Below are positions 1 to 9,631 of a stretch of 60,568 bases of DNA, one piece after another. Position 1 is the first letter of the stretch. Each line of letters opens with the position of its first letter. Source of the stretch: Armatimonadota bacterium (GTDB lineage: Bacteria > Armatimonadota > UBA5829 > DTLH01); NCBI GenBank assembly GCA_038207085.1, contig JBBRAE010000016.1, forward strand, positions 1 to 60,568. The letters run 5' to 3'. The notes beneath the pieces are model-generated. The model had not been told where the DNA came from. It saw only the letters and a program-made list of their open reading frames with translations, and made no database searches. The position numbers were made by a program, and so were the translations under genes.

Positions 1-948
1 TCATTTTGCCTCCCGCTTGCTATTCATCCATTCGATCATACGCCGCAGGCCGGTGTCGAAGTCGACGGACAAATCAAAGCCTAGAAGCTCTTTCGCACGC
101 GAAGAATCACCTTCCATGTGGCGAATATCCCCGGAGCGGGCCTCCTCGAATATGGGCTTGACCACCACTCCTACAGCGTTGCCGATCGCTGTAAGGATAT
201 CAAGCAGCGAGTATCTCTGACCGCTCGCGATGTTGATAATCTTGCCGGAGACGTGCGAGGGAGCAAAGCAGGCCCTGATGTTCGCGTCCACGTTGTTTGC
301 AACATAGGTAAAATCTCTTGACTGCAGACCGTCGCCATAGATCGTCGGGCGCTCGCCTGCCATTACAGCAGTAGCAAACCTAGGGATTACCGCTGAATAC
401 TGCGAATGAGGGTCCTGTCTGGGTCCAAACACGTTGAAATACCGCAGGCACACAGTCTCAAGGCCGTAGAGTTCGGTATACATCCGGCAGTAGTGCTCGC
501 CGACAAGCTTTGTCACCGCGTAAGGAGACACCGGGAACACCTCTGTAGTCTCACGCTTGGGAAGCTCGGGAAGCATGCCGTAAACGGAACAGGAGGAGGC
601 AAAGACCACCCGTTTGACGCGCGCGGTGCGCGCCGCCATAAGGACGTTTAGTGTTCCCTTTACGTTCACTTCACACGATGGCCCCGGGTCCTCGACCGAC
701 TCGTGAACAGAGTGAAGCGCGGCGTGGTGAAGCACGAAGTCTACTCCGTCAACCGACTTGCGCACCAAGTCGAAGTCGCAAAGATCGCCTCGAACAAGGT
801 CCAACTTCCCGATCAGATGGTTAATGTTCTCCATCTTGCCTGAACAGAAGTTGTCGAGCACACGGACGCTGTGTCCTTCATCCAGCAACCTCTCGACGAT
901 ATGCGACCCGATGAACCCTGCGCCACCTGTTACAAGAAACGATGACAT
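1..948 (-). CDS. NAD-dependent epimerase/dehydratase (extended SDR; UDP-GlcNAc/UDP-Glc 4-epimerase, WbpP/TviC-like)
   Basis: TGGAGFIG Rossmann motif, YAVTK catalytic YxxxK, YFNVFGPRQDP..SQYSAVIP segment typical of WbpP-like epimerases; stop codon at positions 1-3. Confidence 0.88.
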   Translation of the reverse strand: MSSFLVTGGAGFIGSHIVERLLDEGHSVRVLDNFCSGKMENINHLIGKLDLVRGDLCDFDLVRKSVDGVDFVLHHAALHSVHESVEDPGPSCEVNVKGTLNVLMAARTARVKRVVFASSCSVYGMLPELPKRETTEVFPVSPYAVTKLVGEHYCRMYTELYGLETVCLRYFNVFGPRQDPHSQYSAVIPRFATAVMAGERPTIYGDGLQSRDFTYVANNVDANIRACFAPSHVSGKIINIASGQRYSLLDILTAIGNAVGVVVKPIFEEARSGDIRHMEGDSSRAKELLGFDLSVDFDTGLRRMIEWMNSKREAK

Positions 949-986
949 GTAAAGTATCCTCCTGGAAAATGGATGACTATATTGGT

Positions 987-2132
987 TTATCCATTCCCTG
1001 CTACGTTCTGATATACACTTATTGTCTTTTCAGCTACAGAATCCCACGAAAGTTCGCCCTTTACGGCCCTCTGGTAGGCGTTTTCGCCCATTTCGTCGGC
1101 GAGTTTGTGGTCGCTCAGTACCTTGACGATCGCCACGGCGAGCGCCTTTTCATCAGCGGGGGGAACAACAAACCCCGTTACCCCGTCTTCGACGACTTCA
1201 GGGAGCGAGCCGACGTTCGTCACGATCACTGGCCTGCCGAGCGCGTAGGCGATGTTCAGTACGCCGCTTTGAGAGGCTTCTATGTATGGCAGCACGATCA
1301 CGGCGGCCTCCTGAAACAGCCTCGTGACCATGTCGTCAGTCACATCCTCGTTGTGGATCTCGAACATCGACGGGTCTTCGATCATCGCCTCGCATCGCGG
1401 CCAATCAGGGCCAGAGCCGGCGATAACGATTTTCGCATCAGGGACGCTCTCTCGGACGATTGGAGCTGACTTGATCAGATAATCAATGCCCTTATACTTC
1501 CTAATACGCCCAAATGTGAGGACCTTATTGCGGCTCTTCTTGATGTTATCCGAAAGCCATCTGCGATAGAGCGTGTAGACGCCGTGTGGGATTATGTTTA
1601 CTTTCTTCTCGGAGATATCAGGGGCGACCTGGTGCAGCCGCGACTTGATATCCTTGCCGTGCACGATGATCGCGTCTGCCATCAACCGAGCTTTGGGGCG
1701 CAGGAACTCGAACTTGTTGCCGCCATCTCCGGGGTGAAGCTCCGCGTCGTGCACGGTCATCACAAGCGGCCTTTTCCAGCATGCGAGCTTGAGGGCGCAG
1801 AAGATTCTATAGTCGGCGACGTCGTGGACGTGCACCACGTCGGGGTTGAACTTTCGAATCGCCCTAGCGTAAGCCGCAATACTTGCGAGGTTCGCTATAA
1901 CCGTCCCGGGGTTGGTATCCGCAGGCACTGAGATAAACTCGATATCGACATCCGGGTGCAGAATCTCACGGTAGTCGGCGTGGGGGTCACCGCTGCCGGT
2001 CCCAACAAAGCCGATCAGCTTGTCGTCGGTGGCGATTGCCACCTTGTGCCCCGCCCGAGTGAGCGCTGCTGACAGCTCAGCCGAGTAATACATATGCCCG
2101 AGGAGCAGAAACATTACCTTCAAGGTTGTCAC
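987..2132 (-). CDS. Glycosyltransferase family 4 (GT-B)
   Basis: FGRIRKYKG, LPYIEASQSGV, ALGRPVIVTNVGSLPE motifs. Confidence 0.9.
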   Translation of the reverse strand: MTTLKVMFLLLGHMYYSAELSAALTRAGHKVAIATDDKLIGFVGTGSGDPHADYREILHPDVDIEFISVPADTNPGTVIANLASIAAYARAIRKFNPDVVHVHDVADYRIFCALKLACWKRPLVMTVHDAELHPGDGGNKFEFLRPKARLMADAIIVHGKDIKSRLHQVAPDISEKKVNIIPHGVYTLYRRWLSDNIKKSRNKVLTFGRIRKYKGIDYLIKSAPIVRESVPDAKIVIAGSGPDWPRCEAMIEDPSMFEIHNEDVTDDMVTRLFQEAAVIVLPYIEASQSGVLNIAYALGRPVIVTNVGSLPEVVEDGVTGFVVPPADEKALAVAIVKVLSDHKLADEMGENAYQRAVKGELSWDSVAEKTISVYQNVAGNG

Positions 2133-2151
2133 CTATCTAAGCGGCCCTGGT

Positions 2152-3144
2152 TCAAGCCGCAAGTGTGCTTGGTCGGCTAGCAAGATCACGCAGCCGGGGC
2201 GCGTCCTTGCGCCGCCAATATTCTAGCATATCCGAGATGGTCTCCGAGATCGGGATCGACTGCCTCCAGCCGGTGTCGGCCTTGAGGCGGGTCGTGTCCC
2301 CCCAGATCACCTTTTCGTCGGTCGGGCGCATAAGCGCCGGGTCCTGGCAGACTTCGATGTCCTCGCGCAGGCTATTATCAAGAATGGTGTCGAGCACGTC
2401 GCGCATAAGATACGCCGTGTCGCCGCTCACGTTGTAAGCCTCGCCACTTTGGCCGCTCTCGGCAAGCGCCATCAGTGCGCGGTTGAGGTCGCGAACGTCT
2501 ACGATCGCCCTGCGGGTGTCGAGGTTGCCGACTTTAAGCGCACTCTGGGTCGGGTCGTTCTCAAGCTTTACTACGCGGCGCGTCCAGTCGGAGATCGCGT
2601 CCGAGGTCTTGCGGGTTCCTGTGCAGTTGAATATGCGCGCCCGGATCGTGTCCATCGCGTAGCTCTGATTATACTGGTATGCGAGCAGGTCCTGGCCGAC
2701 TTTGGAGACGCCGTAGGGATGGAGGGGTTTTAGCTCCCGGTCTTCCCTGACGGGCACCTCATCTTCACCGACGGCGCCATACTCGGCTGATGAGCACGCG
2801 ACGACGATTCTTGGGTAAAGGTCGAGCCTGCGCACAGCTTCAAAGACGTTGATCGTCCCGACGACGTTGATCATCATCGTTTCGGCGGGCCGGTCCCAGG
2901 ATACGGTGGGATAGCTCTGCGCCGCGAGGTGAAATATCTTGTCCGGGCGAAATCTTGCGAGTGAATCGTAGACACTGCACCAGTCGGTGACGTCCACCTG
3001 CTCGATCGCGTGACCATCGAGCTCACAGAGGTCCATTGTTGGGTTGAAGTAGGTCCCGAGCACGTCGTGACCTTCGGCTTCGAGCATCTCCATCAGATGC
3101 GAGCCCATCATCCCCGCTGTTCCTGTTATCCAGACCTTTGACAT
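2152..3144 (-). CDS. GDP-sugar 4,6-dehydratase/reductase family SDR (Gmd/Rmd/DmhA-like)
   Basis: ITGTAGMMG, HLAAQSYP, YGVSK and VGNLDTRR..DVRD..RP motifs of GDP-sugar SDRs; adjacent to heptose kinase. Confidence 0.8.
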   Translation of the reverse strand: MSKVWITGTAGMMGSHLMEMLEAEGHDVLGTYFNPTMDLCELDGHAIEQVDVTDWCSVYDSLARFRPDKIFHLAAQSYPTVSWDRPAETMMINVVGTINVFEAVRRLDLYPRIVVACSSAEYGAVGEDEVPVREDRELKPLHPYGVSKVGQDLLAYQYNQSYAMDTIRARIFNCTGTRKTSDAISDWTRRVVKLENDPTQSALKVGNLDTRRAIVDVRDLNRALMALAESGQSGEAYNVSGDTAYLMRDVLDTILDNSLREDIEVCQDPALMRPTDEKVIWGDTTRLKADTGWRQSIPISETISDMLEYWRRKDAPRLRDLASRPSTLAA

Positions 3145-3160
3145 CTTTTCCCTGTCTCCT

Positions 3161-4195
3161 TTAACTGCCTGCGTTCCAGGTCTGCAGCCCGTCGTAATCG
3201 AACCCGAACTGCACCACCTGACCGCCTACCTCCTCAAGCTTCTGAGCTATCGTATGCTTCTTGCGGAAGTCGCAGAAGACAAGCAGATAACCACCACCGC
3301 CCGCGCCGAGAATCTTTCCGCCGATGGCGCCGTTCTCTCTTGCGACTTGGTAGAGATTATCGATCTCAGAGGAGGTTATGCACGGATCGAGCTGTTTCTT
3401 GTGCTCCCAAGCGACGTGGAGCATGTAGCCAAAATCGTCAATTCTGCCCTGCAGCAGGGCGTTCTTCATATCAACCGCAATCTGCTTGGATTGATGCAAC
3501 GCCTCGACGACCGACGCCTTCTTGCCTTCGACCGAACCTATCTGACGGTCGAGAATATGCGCCGACAGTCGAGTCTTTCCTGTGTAGCAGAGCAGCATTC
3601 TATACTCAAGCTCATTCAAATACTCGGGTCGGATCCTGAGTGGGTTCACGACTACGGAGTTTTCGTAAAACTCTATATAGTTAAACCCGCCAAAAGTGGC
3701 CGCATACTGGTCCTGAAGCCCGCCCTTGATCGCAAGATCGAGCCTCTCGGCTTTGTAGGCGAGGTGGGCGATGTCGTAGTTCGTGAGCGGCATATTGAGA
3801 TAGCGCTGAAAAATGCCGATAAGCGCGACGACCATCGTCGAGGACGAACCAAGGCCGCTTCCTGGGGGCGCATCGCTATGGATGAAAAGGTCCATTCCGG
3901 TGCCATTCAGCTTTGGTTGCCCGGAGTACTCCCGCACGTTGTTCAAGACGGCTTTTACAAGATCGAGCTCACCGTCGTAGACCAGACGATCGTCCGTGAG
4001 ATACTTGGCTACGATATCGTAATCAAGCGAGCTGACCGTGATCGCGTGATCGTCTCTGGTGCTTAGAGTAGCGTAGGCGTATTTGTTGATAGTGGTGCTC
4101 AACACGGCCCCGCCGAACTCCTGGTAGTATGGTGAAACATCTGTCCCGCCACCAGCGAAACTTATTCTAAGCGGCGCTTTGCTTCTGATTATCAT
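3161..4195 (-). CDS. hddA: GHMP kinase, D-glycero-alpha-D-manno-heptose-7-phosphate kinase (HddA-like)
   Basis: APLRISFAGGGTD, PPGSGLGSSS, GGLQDQYAA, GKILGAGGGG; start moved to ATG 4195 (MIIRSK) behind GGGGAG SD. Confidence 0.8.
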   Translation of the reverse strand: MIIRSKAPLRISFAGGGTDVSPYYQEFGGAVLSTTINKYAYATLSTRDDHAITVSSLDYDIVAKYLTDDRLVYDGELDLVKAVLNNVREYSGQPKLNGTGMDLFIHSDAPPGSGLGSSSTMVVALIGIFQRYLNMPLTNYDIAHLAYKAERLDLAIKGGLQDQYAATFGGFNYIEFYENSVVVNPLRIRPEYLNELEYRMLLCYTGKTRLSAHILDRQIGSVEGKKASVVEALHQSKQIAVDMKNALLQGRIDDFGYMLHVAWEHKKQLDPCITSSEIDNLYQVARENGAIGGKILGAGGGGYLLVFCDFRKKHTIAQKLEEVGGQVVQFGFDYDGLQTWNAGS

Positions 4196-4205
4196 ATATT
4201 TTGAG

Positions 4206-4305
4206 CTCCCCAGTAAATGGCGGTTTTTGCCATTTACTCTTCCCATCGTAGTGAAGTCGGAGGCAGCGCGGGTTTTGCGCTGCGAGAGACTTCACTCACG
4301 ATCCC
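4206..4305 (-). repeat. Two-hairpin leader element, copy A
   Basis: Sense strand GTGAAGTC-TCTC-GCAGCGC..GCGCTGC..GACTTCAC then AGTAAATGGC-AAAAACC-GCCATTTACT-GGGGAG; homologous to 5390, 29105, 48861. Confidence 0.88.
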
Positions 4306-5375
4306 AATAATATCGATCCCGAGGCGACTATGGAGCCTGCGCCAAGCACTGCCCCGTCCCCCAGCCTACTGTCTTTATCTAAAATCGCTCCTACAAGCAT
4401 CGCGCCTGCCCCAACTACGACATTCTCAAGGAGCACGCTCCCCTCGATCTTCGCGCCGTCGCCGATCACGCAGCCTGCGCCTATGGAAGAAAAATCATCA
4501 ATCACCGCGCCCGCGCCGATTCGACAACCCAGGCCCAAGTGGCAGCGGGACGAAACTTTGGCCGAAGGGTCGATTTGCACCTCACCCATACTCCAAAATC
4601 CCGCAGGCTCGCGGTTTCCAATAATATCTACCTCGACCGCCCCTGACAATACATCCCTGTGCGCTCTCAGATAGGCCGCCGGTGTGCCTATATCGAGAAA
4701 ATATCCCGCAAGTGGATAGCCGAAGACCCTCAAGCCGTCTCTAACAAGCGACGGGAAGAACTCCCTCTCGATCGAGCAGTTAGCCCCATAAGCGATGCGC
4801 AGAAGCGCCTCTCGCTCAAGCACGTAGATGCCTGAGTTCACGGTCACAACGCCGTCGGGCTTGATCTGACCCGATGCAAGCGCCTTTTTGATCGCCTCGC
4901 TCGGCTCTTCAAACGCCGTCACTCTGCCAGCATCATCGGTTCGGACGATGCCGCAGGGGGTCGGCGACGGGACGGTCATCAGGCCGATAGTCGCATCGGC
5001 GCGGTTCTTTTTGTGAAACTCAACAAGCGCAGAAAGGTCGTAGTCTACGAGGTTATCGCCGTTTGTCACAACGACGGTGTCTTCGTTCATATGGGGTTCG
5101 GCAAAGCGCACGGCTCCGGCGGTGCCAAGCGGAGTTGTTTCGATGGAGAACTTGACCAGAAGCTCGGAGGTCGAATACTCCTTGAAGTAATCCTCCACAG
5201 CCTCGGCTCCGACACCCGCGCAGAAGACGACATCACGCGCGCCATGTCTTGCCATAAGCTCCACTTGGTATTCGACCAGTGGCTTGTTGGCAAGCGGCAT
5301 CATCGGTTTTGGCCTTGTATATGTGAATGGTCGAAGACGCGTCCCTGCTCCGCCCGCAATAATAGCTCCGGTCAT
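4296..5375 (-). CDS. NDP-sugar pyrophosphorylase (mannose-1-phosphate guanylyltransferase-like) with C-terminal hexapeptide beta-helix
   Basis: IIAGGAGTRLRP..PKP, PLGTAGA, NGD, DIGTP; IGxGxxI repeats at C-terminus; start likely ATG 5375. Confidence 0.85.
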   Translation of the reverse strand: MTGAIIAGGAGTRLRPFTYTRPKPMMPLANKPLVEYQVELMARHGARDVVFCAGVGAEAVEDYFKEYSTSELLVKFSIETTPLGTAGAVRFAEPHMNEDTVVVTNGDNLVDYDLSALVEFHKKNRADATIGLMTVPSPTPCGIVRTDDAGRVTAFEEPSEAIKKALASGQIKPDGVVTVNSGIYVLEREALLRIAYGANCSIEREFFPSLVRDGLRVFGYPLAGYFLDIGTPAAYLRAHRDVLSGAVEVDIIGNREPAGFWSMGEVQIDPSAKVSSRCHLGLGCRIGAGAVIDDFSSIGAGCVIGDGAKIEGSVLLENVVVGAGAMLVGAILDKDSRLGDGAVLGAGSIVASGSILLGS

Positions 5376-5389
5376 ACCGGTTCTTGTCA

Positions 5390-5482
5390 CTCCTTTGAAA
5401 ATGGCGGTTTGTGTCATTTTCATTCTCGTTGTGATGAAGACGGCAGCGGCGTTTGCGCTGTGAGAGTGTTCATCATGATTCC
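5390..5482 (-). repeat. Two-hairpin leader element, copy B
   Basis: Sense strand TGATGAACACTCTCACAGCGCAAACGCCGCTGCCGTCTTCATCACAACGAGAATGAAAATGACACAAACCGCCATTTTCAAAGGAG. Confidence 0.82.
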
Positions 5483-5716
5483 AATAGTAGAAGTTGGCGA
5501 CTGTCGCTTGCGCTGCCGTCCCTGGCAATTGAGGAGAATGATTGACGACTCCTCAATTGTAAAGCATAGCCGCGCGAACCGCAATACAGCCGTCAACTCA
5601 TATCATCGGCAGATTGGACAAAAATACATAGTAAAAATACTGGGTTGACTGGGTATTACAGTCGGGGTATCATCCATATAGACTACACAGACTACCAAAG
5701 ACGGGAAAAACGTCAC

Positions 5717-8700
5717 ATGCGCTTTATCATACCAACTCTTCTGTTTGTTGCCTTCGCATCCGCCTGCCAATCCGGCCCGCTGCAAGTTTCGGAAAAATCG
5801 ACCCGGGCGATTGTCGTCTCCAGGGATGAGACACGCCCCGGCGGGCTTGCTTTCAGGCGCACCGAAGTGACCGCGTCGGGAACGTCAAAGCTTTCAGCTG
5901 ACCCTTCGGTCGTCGCGGTGCTCCCAAACAGGCCCATCAAGGTGCCGCCGGTCCCCGGACCGCGCCAGAATATGTTCGAGGAGTCCCCCTGGGGGGTTTC
6001 ACTTCGCAGCGAGCCGGTTCGCCCGGCGATGTGGATGGCGACTCAGATCCACAATGCGCCTCAGGCCTGGGCCTCGGGCTACACTGGGAAAGGGGTCAAA
6101 ATCGCCGTCCTTGACGAGGGAATAGACTTCGGCCACCCCGATCTACAGGGGTGCCAGGCCCGAGTGACCGACCAAATCTCCCCCTACTACGGCTGGCCGG
6201 TCGCCTTCGACCCCGGCGCGATGGCGATCTACGCCTCAGAGGGATACACGACCGGCGGCTACATCGACACATACGAAACGATGACCCCGGGCGCACCCAC
6301 CTGGCGCGGGCGCAATTACAAACTTCCCGGCACGAGCATAAGTGGCGAATATCACGTCGGCGCGCATGGAAGCTACTGGCTGCCCTTTATCCTCGCCCCC
6401 TGGGGGTATCCCCCTGCGGTCCTCGTTGCCGATGAACAGTCCGCTGGCGTCTACGACACGGTCTATGTAGACCTGAACAAGAACCTCGACTTCACAGACG
6501 ATCACCCCTGCAGGCGGGGCGACGAGATATCTTCTTTTGACGCAGATCACGACGGCCTCGCCGACTATTCAGGCGGCATGCTCTACTTTATCGCCGATGG
6601 AAAGAACCCAGTACCGGCATCGGACTGGCTCTACGACCTCCCAGCCCCTGAAAACGGCTGCCTGGTCTGCTTTGCGGGAGCGTTCGGCAAGTATGAGTCA
6701 CACGGCACGCTCGTCACTTCGGCGATCTCGGCGCGAGGCAAGGTCGGAACTACTTACAAAATCCCACAAAAGCCCGACGGCTCCGGCGGAATAGTCCAGG
6801 GAGTCGCGCCGGGCGCGGAAATCATCTCAGTCGGCACCATCTACAACTCAGAGGCCGATCTATACGACGCCATCCAGTTCGCAATCAACGGCTACGACGG
6901 TATCCCCGGCACCGACGACGACGCGGATATCGTCAATATGAGCTTTGGCGTCTCAAGTGAGGACCTCGATGGCTGGGACTTCCTTTCCCGCTATATCACT
7001 TATTTGAACAAAACCACCGCGCCGAGCGTGACCTTTGTCGCATCAAGCGGAAACGGCGGGCCGGGCTATGGGACGGTCACAAGCCCCGGAGGCGCCAGTT
7101 CGGCGTTAACCGTCGGCGCATCGACCCTTTATGGCTCAACCGACGGGCTCGACCCTATCAAATCAGCCGATCAGATACTGTTCGGCGACATTCAGCAGTG
7201 GTCAAACAGAGGGCCAAACGCGCTCGGGCAGATCAAACCCGAAGTGGTCGCTACAGGCGCATGGGCGACCGGCGATGTGCCGATCTACGGCTACGGCGAA
7301 GGGTCATGGCTTGTCTGGGCGGGCACAAGCCTCTCTGCGCCGATCACCTCAGGCGTCACGAGCCTGGTCTATGAGGCATATAAAGCGCGCACGGGCCGGT
7401 TTCCAACTGCCGCCGAAGCAAAAGAGATAATGATGTCGAGCTGCAAGGACCTGTGCTACAACACGCTTGAGCAGGGAGCGGGGATGATCGACGCCGCCCG
7501 GGCCACGGAAATCGCCGCAGGGACGGGAGGCTTCAAGGTCGACCCGCCGGTATGGTCGGCTGCGCGGGGAAAGACTCCAGAGTCGTTCCCAAGCGTCCTT
7601 AAGCCGGGGGAGAAGGCGGCGAAGACGTTTACGATCGAGAACACCAGCCCGAAGCCGCTCAAGTTGATGGCGTATGGTCGCAGGCTCGTTCGATCCAGTT
7701 GGAGCCAGTTCGACCTCACGACGAAGCTCTCGGCTGAGAGCCCGGAGGCCGACATCTACAGGCCGGACTACCTCGTCGACCTCAGCCGATATGTGCCGAA
7801 AGGCACCGACCTGCTTCGCGTCCGGGTATCGTTCCCCTACCCAAGCTTCAGCCTGATTGCGCCCGCCTACGATGACCTGCGCCCGTCGAGCACTTGGATC
7901 GCCTCGCTCTACGATTGGAGCGACCTGAACGGCAACCGCCGTGTGTGGAAAGACTCGGACCACAACAGGGTCGTCAACGCCGACGAGTTTGAGATCGGCG
8001 AGGTGAACAGGTTTATGCTCGCCAACCCGACAAGCGACGTTATCGAGATCTCGGTAAGGGAACCAATGGACCGTATACATGATGGGCTCCTGCTCGGGCT
8101 CATACACGGCGCGCGCAGTGCGAGCATCCCGGCGACGACCCTCAAGATTGAAGTCGAGAGCTACAAAGAGGCGAACTGGGACTGGCTTTCCACTGTAAAC
8201 CAGGCGATTATTATCCCTGCCCGAGGCAGAGTGCAGATTCCAGCGAGCGTCAGCGTTCCATCATCAGCAACAGCGGGCATCTACACCGGTTCGCTTGTCT
8301 TGCGCACCTTTGCGGACAAGAACGCGCGCAAAGTGACTGTTCCGGTGTCGGTTTCAGTCGCGGCGAATGCTTCCAGAACAACTATTGCAGCCGGTTCCGA
8401 CGGCCTTGGCGACACCTACGACAACGGCAGGATGTTCGGCTCATTCGACTGGAGCTGGAGGGAAGAGTCAGGCGACTGGCGGCAGTATTTCATCGATGTC
8501 CCACCCGCAAAACCCGGCGCGGCCACTTATCTGCTCGCCAACGCCAACTGGCTGAATATGCCAAGCGATACCGACGTGCTGATCTACCGGCCCGAAAAGG
8601 ACGACTTCTTCTCCCAGACCATGCCGGAGGTATTTGGACCAAACAACCTCACACTCGCCGGAGGAAGCCGCAACGCGTGGCTTCACGACGGCGTTTGGAA

Positions 8701-9457
8701 GTTCCAGACCGCAACCGGGGACAAGCGCGAGTGGGTCGCGGGGCGCACCGAACCGGGGCTCCACCTGATCCAACTCCACAACACACTCGCGTCAGGCTAC
8801 GCGGGCTCAGAGCCGTTCACGCTTGCTGCGGGACAGGTGACGATCTCCCCGGCCAAGCTCGATCTCACCCCTGGGCAAACGTCGCTCGATGTGAAACTCT
8901 CAAGCACCCTCGGTCTTTCGGGAATCGAGACGCTCGCCTTCGGGCCAAACGCGCCGACGACTTTTACAGAGCAAACCATCGGCCAAGACTACCGTTACGA
9001 CCCAAGATACTCGTCTTGGACTCGGGATATTACCGTAGACAAGGCAGGTCTGATTGAGGTCACTGTGACTGTTCCGCGAGGGAACGATCTCGACGCCTAT
9101 CTGCTCTGGGACAGCAACACCGATGGCAAGTTCGACTGGGACAATGAGGTCGTCGCAAGCTCCGCGACCGACAGACCAAGCGAGCAGATCACGTATTATC
9201 TGCCGACCGACGGCCGCTACCGGATCGCCGTCCACGGGTACAGAGTCCCGGATCAGGCCACGTTCGACACCTCAGTCCTGGTGATTAACGGCAAGGGAAT
9301 CCAAGTACCTGCGCCAACTGGGCCGGTCATACCCGGCAGGGAACAGTTGATCAGGCTCGGAATTACCGGTGCAGAGGCCGGAATGCGGGGGATAGTATTT
9401 CTTGGCCCAGCAGGGGCACCCGGTGTGATTCGGCTGCCGGTGACGGTGGGGTTCTAA
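5717..9457 (+). CDS. Large secreted S8 (subtilisin/pyrolysin-like) serine peptidase with C-terminal PPC-like domain
   Basis: Catalytic triad AVLDEGID, SHGTLV, GTSLSAP; oxyanion SSGNGG; signal peptide from ATG 5717; DLDAYL..SEQI PPC-like tail. Confidence 0.9.
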   Translation: MRFIIPTLLFVAFASACQSGPLQVSEKSTRAIVVSRDETRPGGLAFRRTEVTASGTSKLSADPSVVAVLPNRPIKVPPVPGPRQNMFEESPWGVSLRSEPVRPAMWMATQIHNAPQAWASGYTGKGVKIAVLDEGIDFGHPDLQGCQARVTDQISPYYGWPVAFDPGAMAIYASEGYTTGGYIDTYETMTPGAPTWRGRNYKLPGTSISGEYHVGAHGSYWLPFILAPWGYPPAVLVADEQSAGVYDTVYVDLNKNLDFTDDHPCRRGDEISSFDADHDGLADYSGGMLYFIADGKNPVPASDWLYDLPAPENGCLVCFAGAFGKYESHGTLVTSAISARGKVGTTYKIPQKPDGSGGIVQGVAPGAEIISVGTIYNSEADLYDAIQFAINGYDGIPGTDDDADIVNMSFGVSSEDLDGWDFLSRYITYLNKTTAPSVTFVASSGNGGPGYGTVTSPGGASSALTVGASTLYGSTDGLDPIKSADQILFGDIQQWSNRGPNALGQIKPEVVATGAWATGDVPIYGYGEGSWLVWAGTSLSAPITSGVTSLVYEAYKARTGRFPTAAEAKEIMMSSCKDLCYNTLEQGAGMIDAARATEIAAGTGGFKVDPPVWSAARGKTPESFPSVLKPGEKAAKTFTIENTSPKPLKLMAYGRRLVRSSWSQFDLTTKLSAESPEADIYRPDYLVDLSRYVPKGTDLLRVRVSFPYPSFSLIAPAYDDLRPSSTWIASLYDWSDLNGNRRVWKDSDHNRVVNADEFEIGEVNRFMLANPTSDVIEISVREPMDRIHDGLLLGLIHGARSASIPATTLKIEVESYKEANWDWLSTVNQAIIIPARGRVQIPASVSVPSSATAGIYTGSLVLRTFADKNARKVTVPVSVSVAANASRTTIAAGSDGLGDTYDNGRMFGSFDWSWREESGDWRQYFIDVPPAKPGAATYLLANANWLNMPSDTDVLIYRPEKDDFFSQTMPEVFGPNNLTLAGGSRNAWLHDGVWKFQTATGDKREWVAGRTEPGLHLIQLHNTLASGYAGSEPFTLAAGQVTISPAKLDLTPGQTSLDVKLSSTLGLSGIETLAFGPNAPTTFTEQTIGQDYRYDPRYSSWTRDITVDKAGLIEVTVTVPRGNDLDAYLLWDSNTDGKFDWDNEVVASSATDRPSEQITYYLPTDGRYRIAVHGYRVPDQATFDTSVLVINGKGIQVPAPTGPVIPGREQLIRLGITGAEAGMRGIVFLGPAGAPGVIRLPVTVGF

Positions 9458-9631
9458 GGGCGTGTCTGAGAAGTGTAATGGCCGTCAACCGTGACGGCCA
9501 TCGGCTCCGAATGAGCCGGAAAACGGTGGAATTACGTGCTCTTGAGCATTGATACGAGTAGGGCAGCGCCTACGGCGCTGATGGCCGGCACGGCGACCGG
9601 CCACTACAATCGGGATTTCTCAGACACGCTC
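9458..9631. mobile_element. 174-bp MITE with IS5-family-like ends, carrying an inverted REP doublet
   Basis: IRs GGGCGTGTCTGAGAA / TTCTCAGACACGCTC (14/15 match); TAA on both flanks (9455-9457, 9632-9634); family assignment is inference. Confidence 0.8.

Noticed and set aside
5376..5528. Long N-terminal extensions in the ORF track (also 4196-4246, 17499-17684, 34661-34750, 51942-52019)
   Set aside because: They run through repeats, promoters or opposite-strand genes; downstream starts have better SD sequences or family-typical N-termini.
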